A stretch of DNA of 64,000 nucleotides. Source: Candidatus Bathyarchaeota archaeon (lineage in GTDB: Archaea; Thermoproteota; Bathyarchaeia; Bathyarchaeales; Bathycorpusculaceae). Positions within the stretch are counted from its first letter, which is position 1. Every line of letters begins with the position of its first letter. The notes below the pieces were generated by a model. It ran no database searches. It saw only the letters and a list, made by a program, of their open reading frames with translations, and had not been told where the DNA came from. Both the position numbers and the translations under genes were made by a program. Of the stretch, positions 1 through 10,673 are shown piece by piece. Location: assembly GCA_963717465.1 (NCBI GenBank), contig OY970340.1, forward strand, positions 2,816,001 through 2,880,000, read 5' to 3'.

Positions 1-792
1 GCCTGCTACGGAATCAGGGCCTTGGAATCCAGGTATGCAAACATCAGTGTGATCTATAAGCAAAGCTTTGCCCTTTTCCCAGCCTTCCAAAGTTTGGCTC
101 ATCCTGTCACTTGTCTTTTGACCGTAAACTAAGCCTGGTGTATCTCCATGGTTAGTAATGAACGGTCTCTTAGCAAGCTCTTCGTATCCTCCAAGAGCTT
201 CAGCAGCCAACTCCGTATAGCAATCAATGTGGTCAATCGCATCAATATGCCAAATATGCTTGGTAGTGCATTGAATCGTACTGTTAAGATCATGAGTATC
301 CACTGGCAAGCCCGCCTCCGCCAAATCCATGGGCAAGTATATTGGACTCGTCAGATCAAACTCTGGGAAGTACTCAACAACCTTCTGCTCTTTCCAGTTG
401 TCAGCATCTACACCATCTCTGAATTCATGCTGTCGCGTAACAGGATTCCATTTTGCATACAGGGCCATGATTCCGAAGGCTCCAAAACAAGTGTGATTAC
501 TTCCAGCAGACATGGCAATGTCGTTCTCTGGTACTCTGCCAGGCAAAATTTGTTGGGTCGGTATCTCATTCGTAGCTTGCAAGGCAAGTCTTCCAGGAAT
601 CTTTACAGTTCCCTTCTTCTCGTCAGCAATAGTACATCCTAAATCTTTAAAGGTTTTTTGAAGTTTTGGAGTGACACCTCCAATTCCCACATTCTCTAAC
701 AGATAAGTTGCTGCTTGACAGATTGTCATAAGCTCCTCTTTTGTCGCTACAGGAGGAGACCATCTTCTTGCAGTCGATATTCCGTATCTCAA
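1..792 (-). CDS. MttB-superfamily (trimethylamine methyltransferase-like) corrinoid methyltransferase, runs off the window edge; absent from the ORF track
   Basis: Manually translated open frame from TTG at 792, RBS GGAGG: MRYGISTARR...YLLENVGI...VKIPGRL...LPGRVPEND...TTKH...ELAAEALGGYEELAKRPF...GFQGPDSVAG, which matches the MttB-family pattern. Confidence 0.75.
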   Translation of the reverse strand, partial: MRYGISTARRWSPPVATKEELMTICQAATYLLENVGIGGVTPKLQKTFKDLGCTIADEKKGTVKIPGRLALQATNEIPTQQILPGRVPENDIAMSAGSNHTCFGAFGIMALYAKWNPVTRQHEFRDGVDADNWKEQKVVEYFPEFDLTSPIYLPMDLAEAGLPVDTHDLNSTIQCTTKHIWHIDAIDHIDCYTELAAEALGGYEELAKRPFITNHGDTPGLVYGQKTSDRMSQTLEGWEKGKALLIDHTDVCIPGFQGPDSVAG

Positions 793-830
793 TTTTTTAT
801 CCTCCGATTTCCCATTTGGAGGGAATCTGT

Positions 831-910
831 TATTTAAGGTAAATCAGATTATGATTTCAGCTTCCCGCCACAAAATACGCTCTGTTTCTAAACTATTTTC
901 AACAATTGTT
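831..910 (-). promoter_or_regulatory. Conserved promoter/operator, copy A (upstream of the MttB-like gene)
   Basis: 831-874 matches 15799-15842 at 41/44 nt; includes TATA-like CTTAAATA on the minus strand and palindrome AACAATTGTT at 901-910. Confidence 0.8.
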
Positions 911-1418
911 TACAAAACATCCTTTAAACGGCACAACGGCAACCGACGTCACAAACCACGCCCTTTTCAACACGCGAACGCTTTGTGCCCTCTTTGAGTA
1001 CAGATTTGATTTTCTTTTTGTTTCACTTTGCATATAAGAAATGAGAAAATGATCGGGAAAAAGTGACTTTAACGATAACCTTACAGCGCGTGCTTTTATA
1101 AACATACGACCAGGATTTAGGCTTATTTGGGCTTTTTTGGCAACTCTAATTTAGGACGTACTGCTCCTCCGAAAGTTATGGATCGATTTTTATCATTTTT
1201 TTAAGCATTCAAACTAAGTCATTTTACTGATATCAAGTAATAACAGGGGCAGGGTTTAGAATCTTGTTCTACCAAGTTCTTACACAATGTGTTGATTAAG
1301 TTGTGCATTATTTTTCCTTTTAAACAGTTGAGCCATTTTTGTGGTCTTCATGGTTTTATTTGATAACTAGTCCAAAATCGTGCGAGTAAGTTGTTTTTAA
1401 AAACCAGCTTACAATGCA

Positions 1419-1497
1419 GTAATTGTTTAATGTTTAGGTCTAGGTGTAATGTTTTTGTTGCGGAAAGCTGAAACTATCTTAGGATTTATCTTAAATA
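1419..1497 (+). promoter_or_regulatory. Conserved promoter/operator, copy E (upstream of the Lrp regulator)
   Basis: TTTGTTGCGGAAAGCTGAAAC...GATTTATCTTAAATA, the same motif in the opposite orientation. Confidence 0.7.
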
Positions 1498-1601
1498 GAA
1501 ATTAGACCTTTAGTTGGCACTAGCGTGAACGTAGTCCTTCTGGTCCTGAGTGAGCCATGTAACCTCTATAATAAGATAATAAAAGAGTTCAAAATAGGAG
1601 T

Positions 1602-2210
1602 TTGACTATCTTGGGTTTAGTAAAAAGTCTTCCGTTAAGAACATTAAAGCAAAATAAATTAGAAAACAGAACACAAGAAAATCTAAAGGTGCTATTTGCC
1701 CTGATGGCACAAGGAGTAAGAAGTGATAAATCTGTTGCTAAAGCTTTGAATGTAAGCAATGCAACGATTTTTAGAAGAAAAAAAATGCTTGAGCAAGAAG
1801 GTTTTATAAAAGAATACACCATACTACCTGATTTTTTCAAAATAGGAATAGAGTTTATTGTAGTTACAATTGTATCAGTTGAGAGTGAGACTATGGGGCG
1901 TATGGCACAAAGTCAAATTAAAGAAGTGCAAGGAATGCTTTGGAAATTTCCAGAAATACTTTGGATCATGATGGACCGAGGCATGGGAGCAACAAATTTT
2001 GTTATTATTTCCGCACATAGGAATTATCAAGAATACTTGAAATTATCCGCGAAGATCAGAGAGGATTACGCGCCTATGTTACAAAATATTAAAACGCAAA
2101 GTTACATGTTCTATACTGGCGATGGATTGAGCACTGTTAAGCCTCTCTCGTTTCGAAACTTGAAATTCTTGCTATCTCAACCCCTAAAAAATGATATATC
2201 GGTAAATTAA
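1602..2210 (+). CDS. Lrp/AsnC-family transcriptional regulator
   Basis: HTH SDKSVAKALNVSNATIFRRKKMLEQEGFIKEYTILPD plus a C-terminal RAM-like domain. Confidence 0.85.
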   Translation: MTILGLVKSLPLRTLKQNKLENRTQENLKVLFALMAQGVRSDKSVAKALNVSNATIFRRKKMLEQEGFIKEYTILPDFFKIGIEFIVVTIVSVESETMGRMAQSQIKEVQGMLWKFPEILWIMMDRGMGATNFVIISAHRNYQEYLKLSAKIREDYAPMLQNIKTQSYMFYTGDGLSTVKPLSFRNLKFLLSQPLKNDISVN

Positions 2211-2370
2211 ATACACTCCATAGACAATAACTAGTTTGAGTGCAGGTAAAGAGTTATTATCGTATCTACATTAATGAGCAGTATTGTAATTGATTTTAGT
2301 TAGCGTACGTTTAAACAACCTAAATCCGATAGAGCGAGACAACAACGAGAATATAAAACACAAATGAATT

Positions 2371-3152
2371 TTAAAATAATTTTTCTATTCCTTTAAAATT
2401 CCAATCCTCGTTAGAGTATTTCTCCTTATATAGGACTTGAGCTGATTCCCACTCATTTATAGTTAGCTCTCCCCCACAAGTTTAATATTCAGAGTTCGCT
2501 CATAACTCTTTTTTAAAACGTCTTTGACTTCTTCCATTTCAATCTCTCTTCCAAGCTCTTTTCTTAGAGTAGTTACACAATGCTTGAAGCCTGTCAATTG
2601 ACCATATTCACCTTTTGGAGGTCTTAGAACTTTACTAAGCATCGACAAATCTACGTCAACCATTAAAGTTCCATGATGTAAAATTTTGCCCCACCGCAAA
2701 CGCTTCTGAGCGTTCCCTGAAATCTTCATTCCATTTACGAACACATGGTTTGGCGGGATTAACTTTGCAGCGAGCCCGAGACTTTGCAACCCCTCAATCA
2801 AGCCTCTGCAGAGAACTTCACAGGATTCTAGGAAATCATGTGGGATAAACGGATGACGATTCCCGTTTACAAATAGCGAGTAATTAAGATTTTTAATATC
2901 GTGATAAACTGCTCCTCCTCCTGAAGGCCTCCTTACGATTGCTATCTTATTCGCCTTGCACTCACGAACATATACGACTTTATTCACTTTTTCGTGATAC
3001 CCAAGGACAACTGCATTTCGGTTCGTCCAAAACCGAAAAGTATTAGGAACTTGATCAACTGCGTGAGCTTGTGAAATTGCCTCCTCGATCGCCAGGTTCA
3101 TGTATGGGTCATCTGGAATATCAACATCAAGCAGTCTCCATTCCTGCGCCAT
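2371..3152 (-). CDS. lplA: Lipoate-protein ligase A family; C-terminus frameshifted in a G-run near 2471
   Basis: RRPSGGGAVYHD, KISGNAQ and HHGT motifs; the shifted frame continues ELTINEWESAQVLYKEKYSNEDWNFKG. Confidence 0.9.
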
Positions 3153-3196
3153 CTCACTTCTCCCTTGAAATTTATATAAATCATTTTTTAGTAATT

Positions 3197-4931
3197 TTAC
3201 ATGTGTATTTTTCTTTTTTCTAAGGGCATTAAGTTTTTGAGGTATTCTTCAGCTTTTGGCACCATTTCACGCTCGAGTTTGGCTTTCTTTTCCTCTGTTA
3301 ACTGCTCTTTCTTTTTCCTTTTAGTCTTCTTTGAAGCTATAAGCCGATCAATGCGTAATATGCAATTTGCCGCCTCGGTTGCTGATTTTAACGCTTGGAT
3401 CTTAACGCCTGCAGGTTCATATACACCTAACAAAAACATATTTCCAACGCATGTATTAAGAACGTCGATGCCTGACCACAAATTGCCTTCGCTATGAAGC
3501 GCCCGCAACTCAGTCAAGACATCAATGGGATGCAAACCCGCACTACTGGCTAGTACTTCTGGAATTACTTCTAATGCCTCTGCAAAGGCCTGGATGGCCA
3601 ACTGCTCTCGCCCTTGAATAGTTCTTGCGTAGCTGTTAAGTTGGCGAGCTATTTCCATCTCCGCTGACCCACCACCAGCAATAATTGCGCCATCTTCCCG
3701 AGCCCTTCTAATGACTTGAAAGGCATCCTGAAGTGCGTGACCAGCTTCATCAATAGCAATTTCAGTGGCACCTCGAATCATCACATTCACAACATTCGAT
3801 TTTCCAGTCGAATTAACAAACATGTATTCTTTACTGCCAATCTTCTCATAGTGCACGAGGTCAGCTCTACCCAAAGCTTCTGGATTTAAATCCTCTAAAT
3901 CTAAGACAAGTCGTGCACCGGTTGCTCCTGCAATTCCGTCGATATCAGGCTGAAGAACTCTCTTGCAACACAGTATTCCCTCTTTTGCGAGAAATGTATC
4001 AAAATTATCACTGACACCCCTGCCACAGATGATCACGTTAGCTCCAGACTTTTTTATTTTCTCTGCAATTTCGCGTTCTAAATTTTTTTCTTCGTTAACG
4101 AATTCTTTTATTTGATTTAGCCCAGAAATTTGGATTTTAGTGTCGAGAAATGAGGTGGAATATTTTGCAATAGGCATTACCTCAAGGGGGAACATTAGAA
4201 TTGCGATTTTTGCGTTCGAAATGAATTTCGGCATATCGTCTCTAAAGTATGGATAGCCCACTATGGCACCATTAAACAGGTAACTATCCGATAAAGAGCC
4301 TCCTACTTGCTTAATTATCTTGATTTCATTGATATCGATGTAATGTTTTTCAGTTTTCTCTTCAGCAACAGTTGATATGGCGTTAACTGCAATTTCGGCT
4401 AACATTCTTTTAACGTCGCTGAACATGTTGCCACTCATAGCGGTCAGGGCAACTTTTAACAAAACTTCTTTACTGTCTTCTGGATTTATTGGAACAGAAA
4501 TTTTTCCGAGCGCTTCAATAGCGAGCGACATCGCTTTTTCATATCCATTAACGATTGTGATTGGATGCACACCCTTGTCAACTAAACGTTGGGCTTTTTC
4601 TAAAAACTCATTTGCCAACACTACCGCTGTTGTTGTGCCGTCACCTACCTCCTCATTTACAGCCTTTGCAACTTCAACCATTATTTTGATAACAGGATGA
4701 GAAACATGTATGTTTTTTAGTATAGTTACACAATCGTTTGTAACGATGATCTCGTCCTTTCTGGAGAGCATTTTATCCATACCCATCGGACCTAGCGAAT
4801 GACTTAACGACTTCGGCGACAAGTTTAGCTACCATGATGTTATTGTTTAAAACATCTTTCCCTTTTGCTCTTTTTGCGCCTTTCATAGCTTTTGTTTGAT
4901 CTGCCAGATGATTATTTGAAGGCTTATGCAT
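3197..4931 (-). CDS. Thermosome (group II chaperonin) subunit paralogue; 1-nt frameshift near 4799
   Basis: SLGPMGMDKML, GDGTTT and ILRID motifs; the upstream frame from ATG 4931 supplies the N-terminus (...GKDVLNNNIMVAKLVAEVVKS). Confidence 0.9.
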
Positions 4932-4975
4932 TAATGACACCTTATCTGCTGCATATCTGGAATGAAAATTGCCTC

Positions 4976-6880
4976 CTATGTGTGAGAGAGTTTTTCGTTA
5001 AAATATTTTTTTACCGTTAGATATTTCTCAAGGTTTCTATGTGGCAAGTCGATGGAGTAGGCAAATTCTTTCTTGAAATTCTCTGCGACTGTAAGTTCTA
5101 AATATCCCGCTTGATTTGAAATTTTGCTCATCGTATCCCTAGCTTCTTTGGATATTAGTGCAGATTTAGCGCCGGACAAAGCTGTGTTGCCAACAAACTC
5201 AACCTTTTCTAACGGTATATCAGGTATAAGTCCGATGAAGAGCGCACTCTCAGCGCGAATATGACTTCCAAAAGCTCCAGCTATACAGAATCTATTTATG
5301 TCTGCATCATCGATATGCTTAGCCTTCATGAGAATTGAGGTGCCAGCATGCATTGCTGCTTTGGCCAATTGAACCTCCTTAATATCCCGTTGTGTTATCG
5401 TTATGTCATCGGCTATTCCTGTTTCATTGCTCCAAGCCACCACGAACTGCGGCTCTTCATCAATCATTTTTAATCTAGGAGTAGAAAGTTGCATAAATCG
5501 GCCCCTATTATCAATTATTTCTGCTTTGAGTAACTCAGCTATAAGATCAATAATACCTGACCCACAAATTCCAGTAGGGGAGTCACCGCCAATTGTCTCA
5601 TATTTAACTTCATATGTTTTAGGGTCAATGTGAACACTTTCGATAGCACCTGTATAGGCTTTCATTCCATGCTTTATGTGTGCTCCTTCGAATGCTGGTC
5701 CAGCTGCACAAGAGCAAGATAACAAGCCCATATTATCAGAAACAAAGACTTCACCATTAGTCCCAATATCTGCAACTATTTCCACAGCATTTGAGTTGAG
5801 AATTCCAGTTGAATAAACGTCTCCAATGGCATCAGCTCCCACGTATCCAGCTATGACAGGCAAAACATGAATATTTCCGCCCATGTTCATTTTTAATCCG
5901 GTTAATTCATTATTCTTCAACTCTCTTGATTGCTTTATTACCGGCGGAAATGGACTCAAGGACAGATATTTTGAATGTAATCCTAAAAAGAAATGATGCA
6001 TAACTGTGTTTCCAGTTACTGCTAATTCATATATGTAATTTGGATTAACTCCCGAATCATTACAAGCTTGCATTATAGTTGAATTTATACCTTTAATGGA
6101 TAACCTCTGCATCGTTCCCAGAGATTCATCGCTTTCCAAAGTAAAATCAAGCCGTGTAATTATGTCCTCTCCATAGACTATCTGCGGATTTTCAACTGAT
6201 CCTTCACCGACAGTTTTACCCGTTTTGAGGTCAACTAAATATCCAGCTATTTTGGAAGTACCTATATCGACTGCAAATCCGTACATTTGCCCAGTTGTAT
6301 CACCTGGTTCAACTGCGAGTATTTGCTCATCATTCCATACGGCTACTGTTGCACTCCAGTCAGCGTCTCTTAAAATACCGGATAGTATCTTCAAGAGATC
6401 ATTTCCAATACTAAGGTTTCTGTAATCACAAACTTCCCTTAAACAATCCAGAACTCTCTCAAAATCTGACCTTACATCTTGAAGTGTTGGTTTTGGAATA
6501 ACGATATGCAATTTCTTGACTAAAGGTTCTAGACTTACAGGTCTCTCAAGTCCAAGCACTTGTATCTTTCGCACATTAACTCTACTTTCTGGAGGAATTT
6601 CTACAACGAGATTTCCAAATATTTTAGTACAACAAGCCAGTCTGTATCCTTCATTGATTTTATCTTCTGAAAAATGTTCTCTCTCACCATTTGTAGCCTT
6701 ACTTACCATAGTTTGATCTCTTAGAATTATCGTGCATTTCCTGCAGTTGCCTTTTCCGCCACATTCTGACCGCAAGCCAACTCCTTTGCATTTGGCTGCT
6801 TCTAAAATTGTAATTCCAGGACCAACAGATACTTTTCGACCTTCTGGTTCAAATTGAATAATTACTTTTTTCTCCCCCAA
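4976..6880 (-). CDS. ASKHA-domain reductive activator of corrinoid proteins (RACo/AcsV-like) with N-terminal 2Fe-2S domain
   Basis: CGGKGNCRKC and RLAC 2Fe-2S motifs; DIGTS, DIGTNGE, AAGPAFEG, GICGSG, AGAFGS, GNTAL. Confidence 0.92.
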   Translation of the reverse strand: MGEKKVIIQFEPEGRKVSVGPGITILEAAKCKGVGLRSECGGKGNCRKCTIILRDQTMVSKATNGEREHFSEDKINEGYRLACCTKIFGNLVVEIPPESRVNVRKIQVLGLERPVSLEPLVKKLHIVIPKPTLQDVRSDFERVLDCLREVCDYRNLSIGNDLLKILSGILRDADWSATVAVWNDEQILAVEPGDTTGQMYGFAVDIGTSKIAGYLVDLKTGKTVGEGSVENPQIVYGEDIITRLDFTLESDESLGTMQRLSIKGINSTIMQACNDSGVNPNYIYELAVTGNTVMHHFFLGLHSKYLSLSPFPPVIKQSRELKNNELTGLKMNMGGNIHVLPVIAGYVGADAIGDVYSTGILNSNAVEIVADIGTNGEVFVSDNMGLLSCSCAAGPAFEGAHIKHGMKAYTGAIESVHIDPKTYEVKYETIGGDSPTGICGSGIIDLIAELLKAEIIDNRGRFMQLSTPRLKMIDEEPQFVVAWSNETGIADDITITQRDIKEVQLAKAAMHAGTSILMKAKHIDDADINRFCIAGAFGSHIRAESALFIGLIPDIPLEKVEFVGNTALSGAKSALISKEARDTMSKISNQAGYLELTVAENFKKEFAYSIDLPHRNLEKYLTVKKYFNEKLSHT

Positions 6881-6986
6881 TTAATCAAATTATCCACGTC
6901 ACATTTTTTTAACGTGCGTAATCTGTGTCAATTATACTTGAAAGAAAAGAGGAAACATGGGCTATTTAACAAGATATACACTTGGT

Positions 6987-8225
6987 TTATGTTGGGTACT
7001 TGCCTACTTTCTTGCTAGTCCTTGCAGTGAACTCTAAATCATTTAATTGCGTGAATTGATCTGGGACTATCGCATAGAAAGTCTTTTTAGCTTTGAGCAA
7101 CTCCTTGAAACATGCACCAAGATCTTTTTCGATTTCTTCTTTTTTGCCTTCTAAGATAATCTTCCAGTCAGAACACATTCCCGTAATCATGTCATAATCG
7201 GTTGCGCATTTTATACACCAGTCGTATGGTTGCTCAGCATCACCCGTGCCAGCAATGTCATTAATCGAACGATCGCATGCATAGGTCTTCATGAATTCGG
7301 TGTCACCAACAGGCGGCCAACCACCCGTATACCAAGCTATCTGTAATAGCCGTGATCCAACTGCCTTCTTCACTTGCTGCGCGTATGGAACCCAGAACTG
7401 TCGCACCTCTTCCAAGGTGTGACCCATGGGACAACCTCAGCTCATCATAAAGTCTTTTCCGTCTGGTCTAGTAAAATTGTTGCAAAATAGCGCTCTGTCT
7501 ATAACACTGGTTGTTGAAGCTTGCAAAACTTTGTGGGCAAACGTTGGGTTTTTTCTAATATCCTTTACCAGGGACTTCCAGCCCCTGATCCTAAAGCTAT
7601 TCATGTAGGGCTCTTCTCAGAACGATATAACAAACGGATAATAGTCACCGATAAGCTTATTTGCCATTTTTACATGCCATGAACTTGCCCACCAAATACC
7701 ATCTGAAGCAGGATTAGGCATATTATCTATGAATGTCTGTAGATCCTCCTCTTCGTGGCCAGCCCTGATAAAGTGTTCAACCTCCATTGGCGCCGCATCA
7801 GGAAACATAGTCCATGTCCTAGTAAGTTGGTCCTCAGCATATGTATGTGCATATGTGCCGAAATAAAGGTCGTCTTCGAAGTGTACTGACCATGTCATTG
7901 CTGCAATAAGCGCTAACTGTGGATACTGCATTAAATCCGAACCATGCAACGCACCACTGAATAAGTCTAAAGCATGCGCGTTAGTATTTGGAAATTGACC
8001 TAGAAAACTTGGGACTCTGTCGTGCGGTTCTCCCTTGGTCATTGCTAGCCATCTTTCCATAGGTGTAAATTTCCCGTTCTTCGGAATCTCATGTAGCTTT
8101 TCTGCTAGCCTCTCAATCATTCGCTCCTCAGGTGCAGTAATAGCGAAATTATAGTTTGGCCCCATATTATTGTAGTCAGGCAACATTCCCGAAACTTCTT
8201 TAGGATTTAATTTCAAACCTGGCAT
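6987..8225 (-). CDS. URO-D/MtaA-fold protein, 412 aa, with two in-frame TGA codons (putative Sec203 and Sec263)
   Basis: ORFs 7617-8225 and 6987-7427 share a frame and are joined by an open segment interrupted only by TGA at 7617-7619 and 7437-7439; URO-D-family features FTPMERW..GEPHDRVP, RGWKSLVKDIRKNPTFAHKVL, EEVRQFWVPY. Confidence 0.8.
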
Positions 8226-8244
8226 TTCTCATTTCACCTCCTCT

Positions 8245-8982
8245 TTATTTTTTGGCTCGTTCTTCTTTTAGGATTCTCATTAGTTCTTCGGTCTTCTTCA
8301 AGCCGTCGAGTGCGTCTAAACCAAATGCCCATCCGCGATGTTGACAGTATTCCTCTGTCATGCCCCAGCCTCCGCCTATCAGCTTCACATTATCTAAAAT
8401 GCCCCTTTCCTTTAGCCCTTCTTTGATGGGTTCTATCTGAGCTTTAGCGGCACCTAAACAAGCTGAAGCTGCCACTATATCTGCATTCGCAGCTGCATCA
8501 ACAAATTTTTTTGCTGGAACATTAACACCGAGATCGTTGACTGCAAAACCAGCACTCTGAAACATTGCAATAACTATATTCTTGCCTATGTCATGAACAT
8601 CTCCTTCAACAGTTCCAATTATGACATTTCCAGTTCCAGACTTTCCAGCTTTTATGAGCGGTTTAACTACCTCCATTACGCTTGAAGCTGCATCAGCTGC
8701 CAAAATAAGGTCCGCTGTCATGTATACACCATGACCTGCAGCGAATAGTTCACCAACAGCCCGCAAACCAGGAGTCAAACCTTTCAGCAGTATTTCAGGC
8801 GCTTCTACGTTAGCGTCTAGCAGAGCCTTGACAGCTTTCACCGCAGCCGTATCGTTACATTCGATAATTGCAAGTGCTACATCAAGAAACTTTGGTTCAA
8901 CTGTGCGCTTAATGTCTGCTATAACCTCCTCTTTCGATTTCGACTTCATATCCCATATTTTCTCTCTACCTTCAAATGTCAT
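8245..8982 (-). CDS. Corrinoid (B12-binding) methyl-carrier protein, MtaC/MttC family
   Basis: B12-cap domain plus EGDVHDIGKNIV (DxHxxG), DLGVNVP and GG motifs. Confidence 0.95.
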   Translation of the reverse strand: MTFEGREKIWDMKSKSKEEVIADIKRTVEPKFLDVALAIIECNDTAAVKAVKALLDANVEAPEILLKGLTPGLRAVGELFAAGHGVYMTADLILAADAASSVMEVVKPLIKAGKSGTGNVIIGTVEGDVHDIGKNIVIAMFQSAGFAVNDLGVNVPAKKFVDAAANADIVAASACLGAAKAQIEPIKEGLKERGILDNVKLIGGGWGMTEEYCQHRGWAFGLDALDGLKKTEELMRILKEERAKK

Positions 8983-9074
8983 ACACTTATTCTCCGCGAC
9001 AAAGCATGCACGCACTTTTTGCTTAATCTTTAATGCTTAGTGAGTGCACTTTCAAAAAAAACTTGTTTTTCCAG

Positions 9075-9124
9075 ATTTAAGTTCTCGCTCCAAAATATTC
9101 ATGGAAAACAAAAATCTTCATTCA
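9075..9124 (-). promoter_or_regulatory. Second-type promoter upstream of the corrinoid operon
   Basis: Exact 15-mer ATTTAAGTTCTCGCT shared with 10902-10916 (reads AGCGAGAA-CTTAAAT, BRE-TATA-like); CATTCA at a similar offset in both. Confidence 0.6.
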
Positions 9125-9216
9125 AAATACAGCAGTGGACAAAAATTTCATTCATGAATGATGCCTTTATCGAAAAAAAATTTTGGTTAAAGAATTCTTA
9201 TGGCAACTAATCAGAA

Positions 9217-9766
9217 TTAGCGAGTGTGCTTTGAAGGAAATGATTCTGGAACCCTATACAATTTAATTACATGAACACGAAGTAAGGATCGTGTATTTGG
9301 CGGATTTGAAACAAGCTCTAATCCAACCGCTTTCCAACCGACTAATGTTGTATCGTGTGTGACTATGCGCGTTCCAGACCTCAACTCTTTTACTAACTTC
9401 GGACCAAGCTCGTTTGCTAGTATAGAATTCAGAAATAAAATTATTACATTAGCCTTTGAAACGTTATGCTTAAAGAAGTCACCATGAATGAATTTAATTT
9501 TGCCATCTAATCTAGCCCTCCGAAACCCTCTTCTTTGATAACTCAAAGAGATCTTCTTCTTTTTCGATTCCAACAGCATTTGCTCCGAAAGCCTTCGCTG
9601 CAACTAACAAAGTTGTTCCGTTGCCCGAACCCAAGTCATAGACGACTTCATTGGATTTGATTTCGGCGATTTCCAACATCTTTCTAACAACTGACTCAGG
9701 TGTGAAAATAGAGCATGGGTATTTTCCGAGTACTTGGTCCGATGTGTCCGTAACGTTTGCCTCCAC
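9217..9766 (-). CDS. Class I SAM-dependent methyltransferase, split by a frameshift near 9524
   Basis: VVYDLGSGNG and GIE in one frame; IHGDFF...KELRSGTRIVTH in the next. Confidence 0.85.
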
Positions 9767-9852
9767 ATAAGAATTATTGATTTTAAGTTAAACGTAAAAA
9801 AGAGTTGAGAAAGGGCTTATGGCTAAGGCTTAACAAGTGCTTAATTTCTGTC

Positions 9853-10311
9853 CTAGAAGAATTGTTCTTTTTCTTCATATTGCTCTTTGAACCAAGCCAG
9901 CGCTGGTTCACCCTTTAGAAGATTTTTAACTTCGGCGTCGAGGTTTGACGGCTTAATTAGCAGCATCCAATATTTTCCATAAGGATCCGTTTGAATAAGT
10001 CTTACGCCTGGAGGTTTAGTTGTATCCCAATTAACTTCTACGATTGAACCAGAAACAGGAGCAATCAGATCTTCTACTACTTTTTTGGACATCAGCACAC
10101 CCATCTTTTTTCCTTGCTCTACATTTTCGCCCTCGGCTGGAAGTGTTACTTTGTATATACCAGTAATGTATGCTTTCTTACCCGCAGAAGCTCTTGCAAA
10201 GATTTCGTCAATTCCGACTCTCACCTTCCCGTCCGCCTCTACTTTTACCCACATGTGTTCTTTCGTGTAGTATATTTCTTCTTTAAAGTCTACTTTTCCG
10301 AGCTTAACCAT
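9853..10311 (-). CDS. Glycine cleavage H-like lipoyl-carrier protein
   Basis: YYTKEHMWVK, VRVGID, MSKKVVEDLIAPVSGSIVEVN (Lys at the lipoyl position), DPYG..W. Confidence 0.9.
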   Translation of the reverse strand: MVKLGKVDFKEEIYYTKEHMWVKVEADGKVRVGIDEIFARASAGKKAYITGIYKVTLPAEGENVEQGKKMGVLMSKKVVEDLIAPVSGSIVEVNWDTTKPPGVRLIQTDPYGKYWMLLIKPSNLDAEVKNLLKGEPALAWFKEQYEEKEQFF

Positions 10312-10331
10312 ACAAGCAACTCCATTTTAAA

Positions 10332-10673
10332 TTAAAATATAACCTGTAACTTTGCTAACTCCATCAATGGACCATCAATCGTAACCTTGCCCATTTGTGC
10401 TGCTGCAATAGGCGTTAATTTTCCATCGAATATATCTTTTAAGGTGTCTGTCGATTGAGTGAGGGTAACGATGGCATCCTCCTTCCTAATAGCCTTCTCT
10501 ACTTTTCCGACCTCGCCCTTCATAGTTATTGTAAATAAGTATCCGACGTTTATGTCCGAGAACACCAATTGAAAAGTTTTACCCCAATTCTCTAACATTT
10601 CGGCATTTTCATTAATTCTTTTTGTCATCTCTTTTACCAGGTCTTCAGCTAGTTTTTCCTTATTTTCTGACAT
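10332..10673 (-). CDS. SCP2 sterol/lipid-binding domain protein
   Basis: DTLKDIFDGKLTPIAAAQMGKVTIDG pattern. Confidence 0.85.
   Translation of the reverse strand: MSENKEKLAEDLVKEMTKRINENAEMLENWGKTFQLVFSDINVGYLFTITMKGEVGKVEKAIRKEDAIVTLTQSTDTLKDIFDGKLTPIAAAQMGKVTIDGPLMELAKLQVIF

Noticed and set aside
148..642. Plus-strand 164-aa ORF
   Set aside because: Antisense shadow of the MttB-like gene
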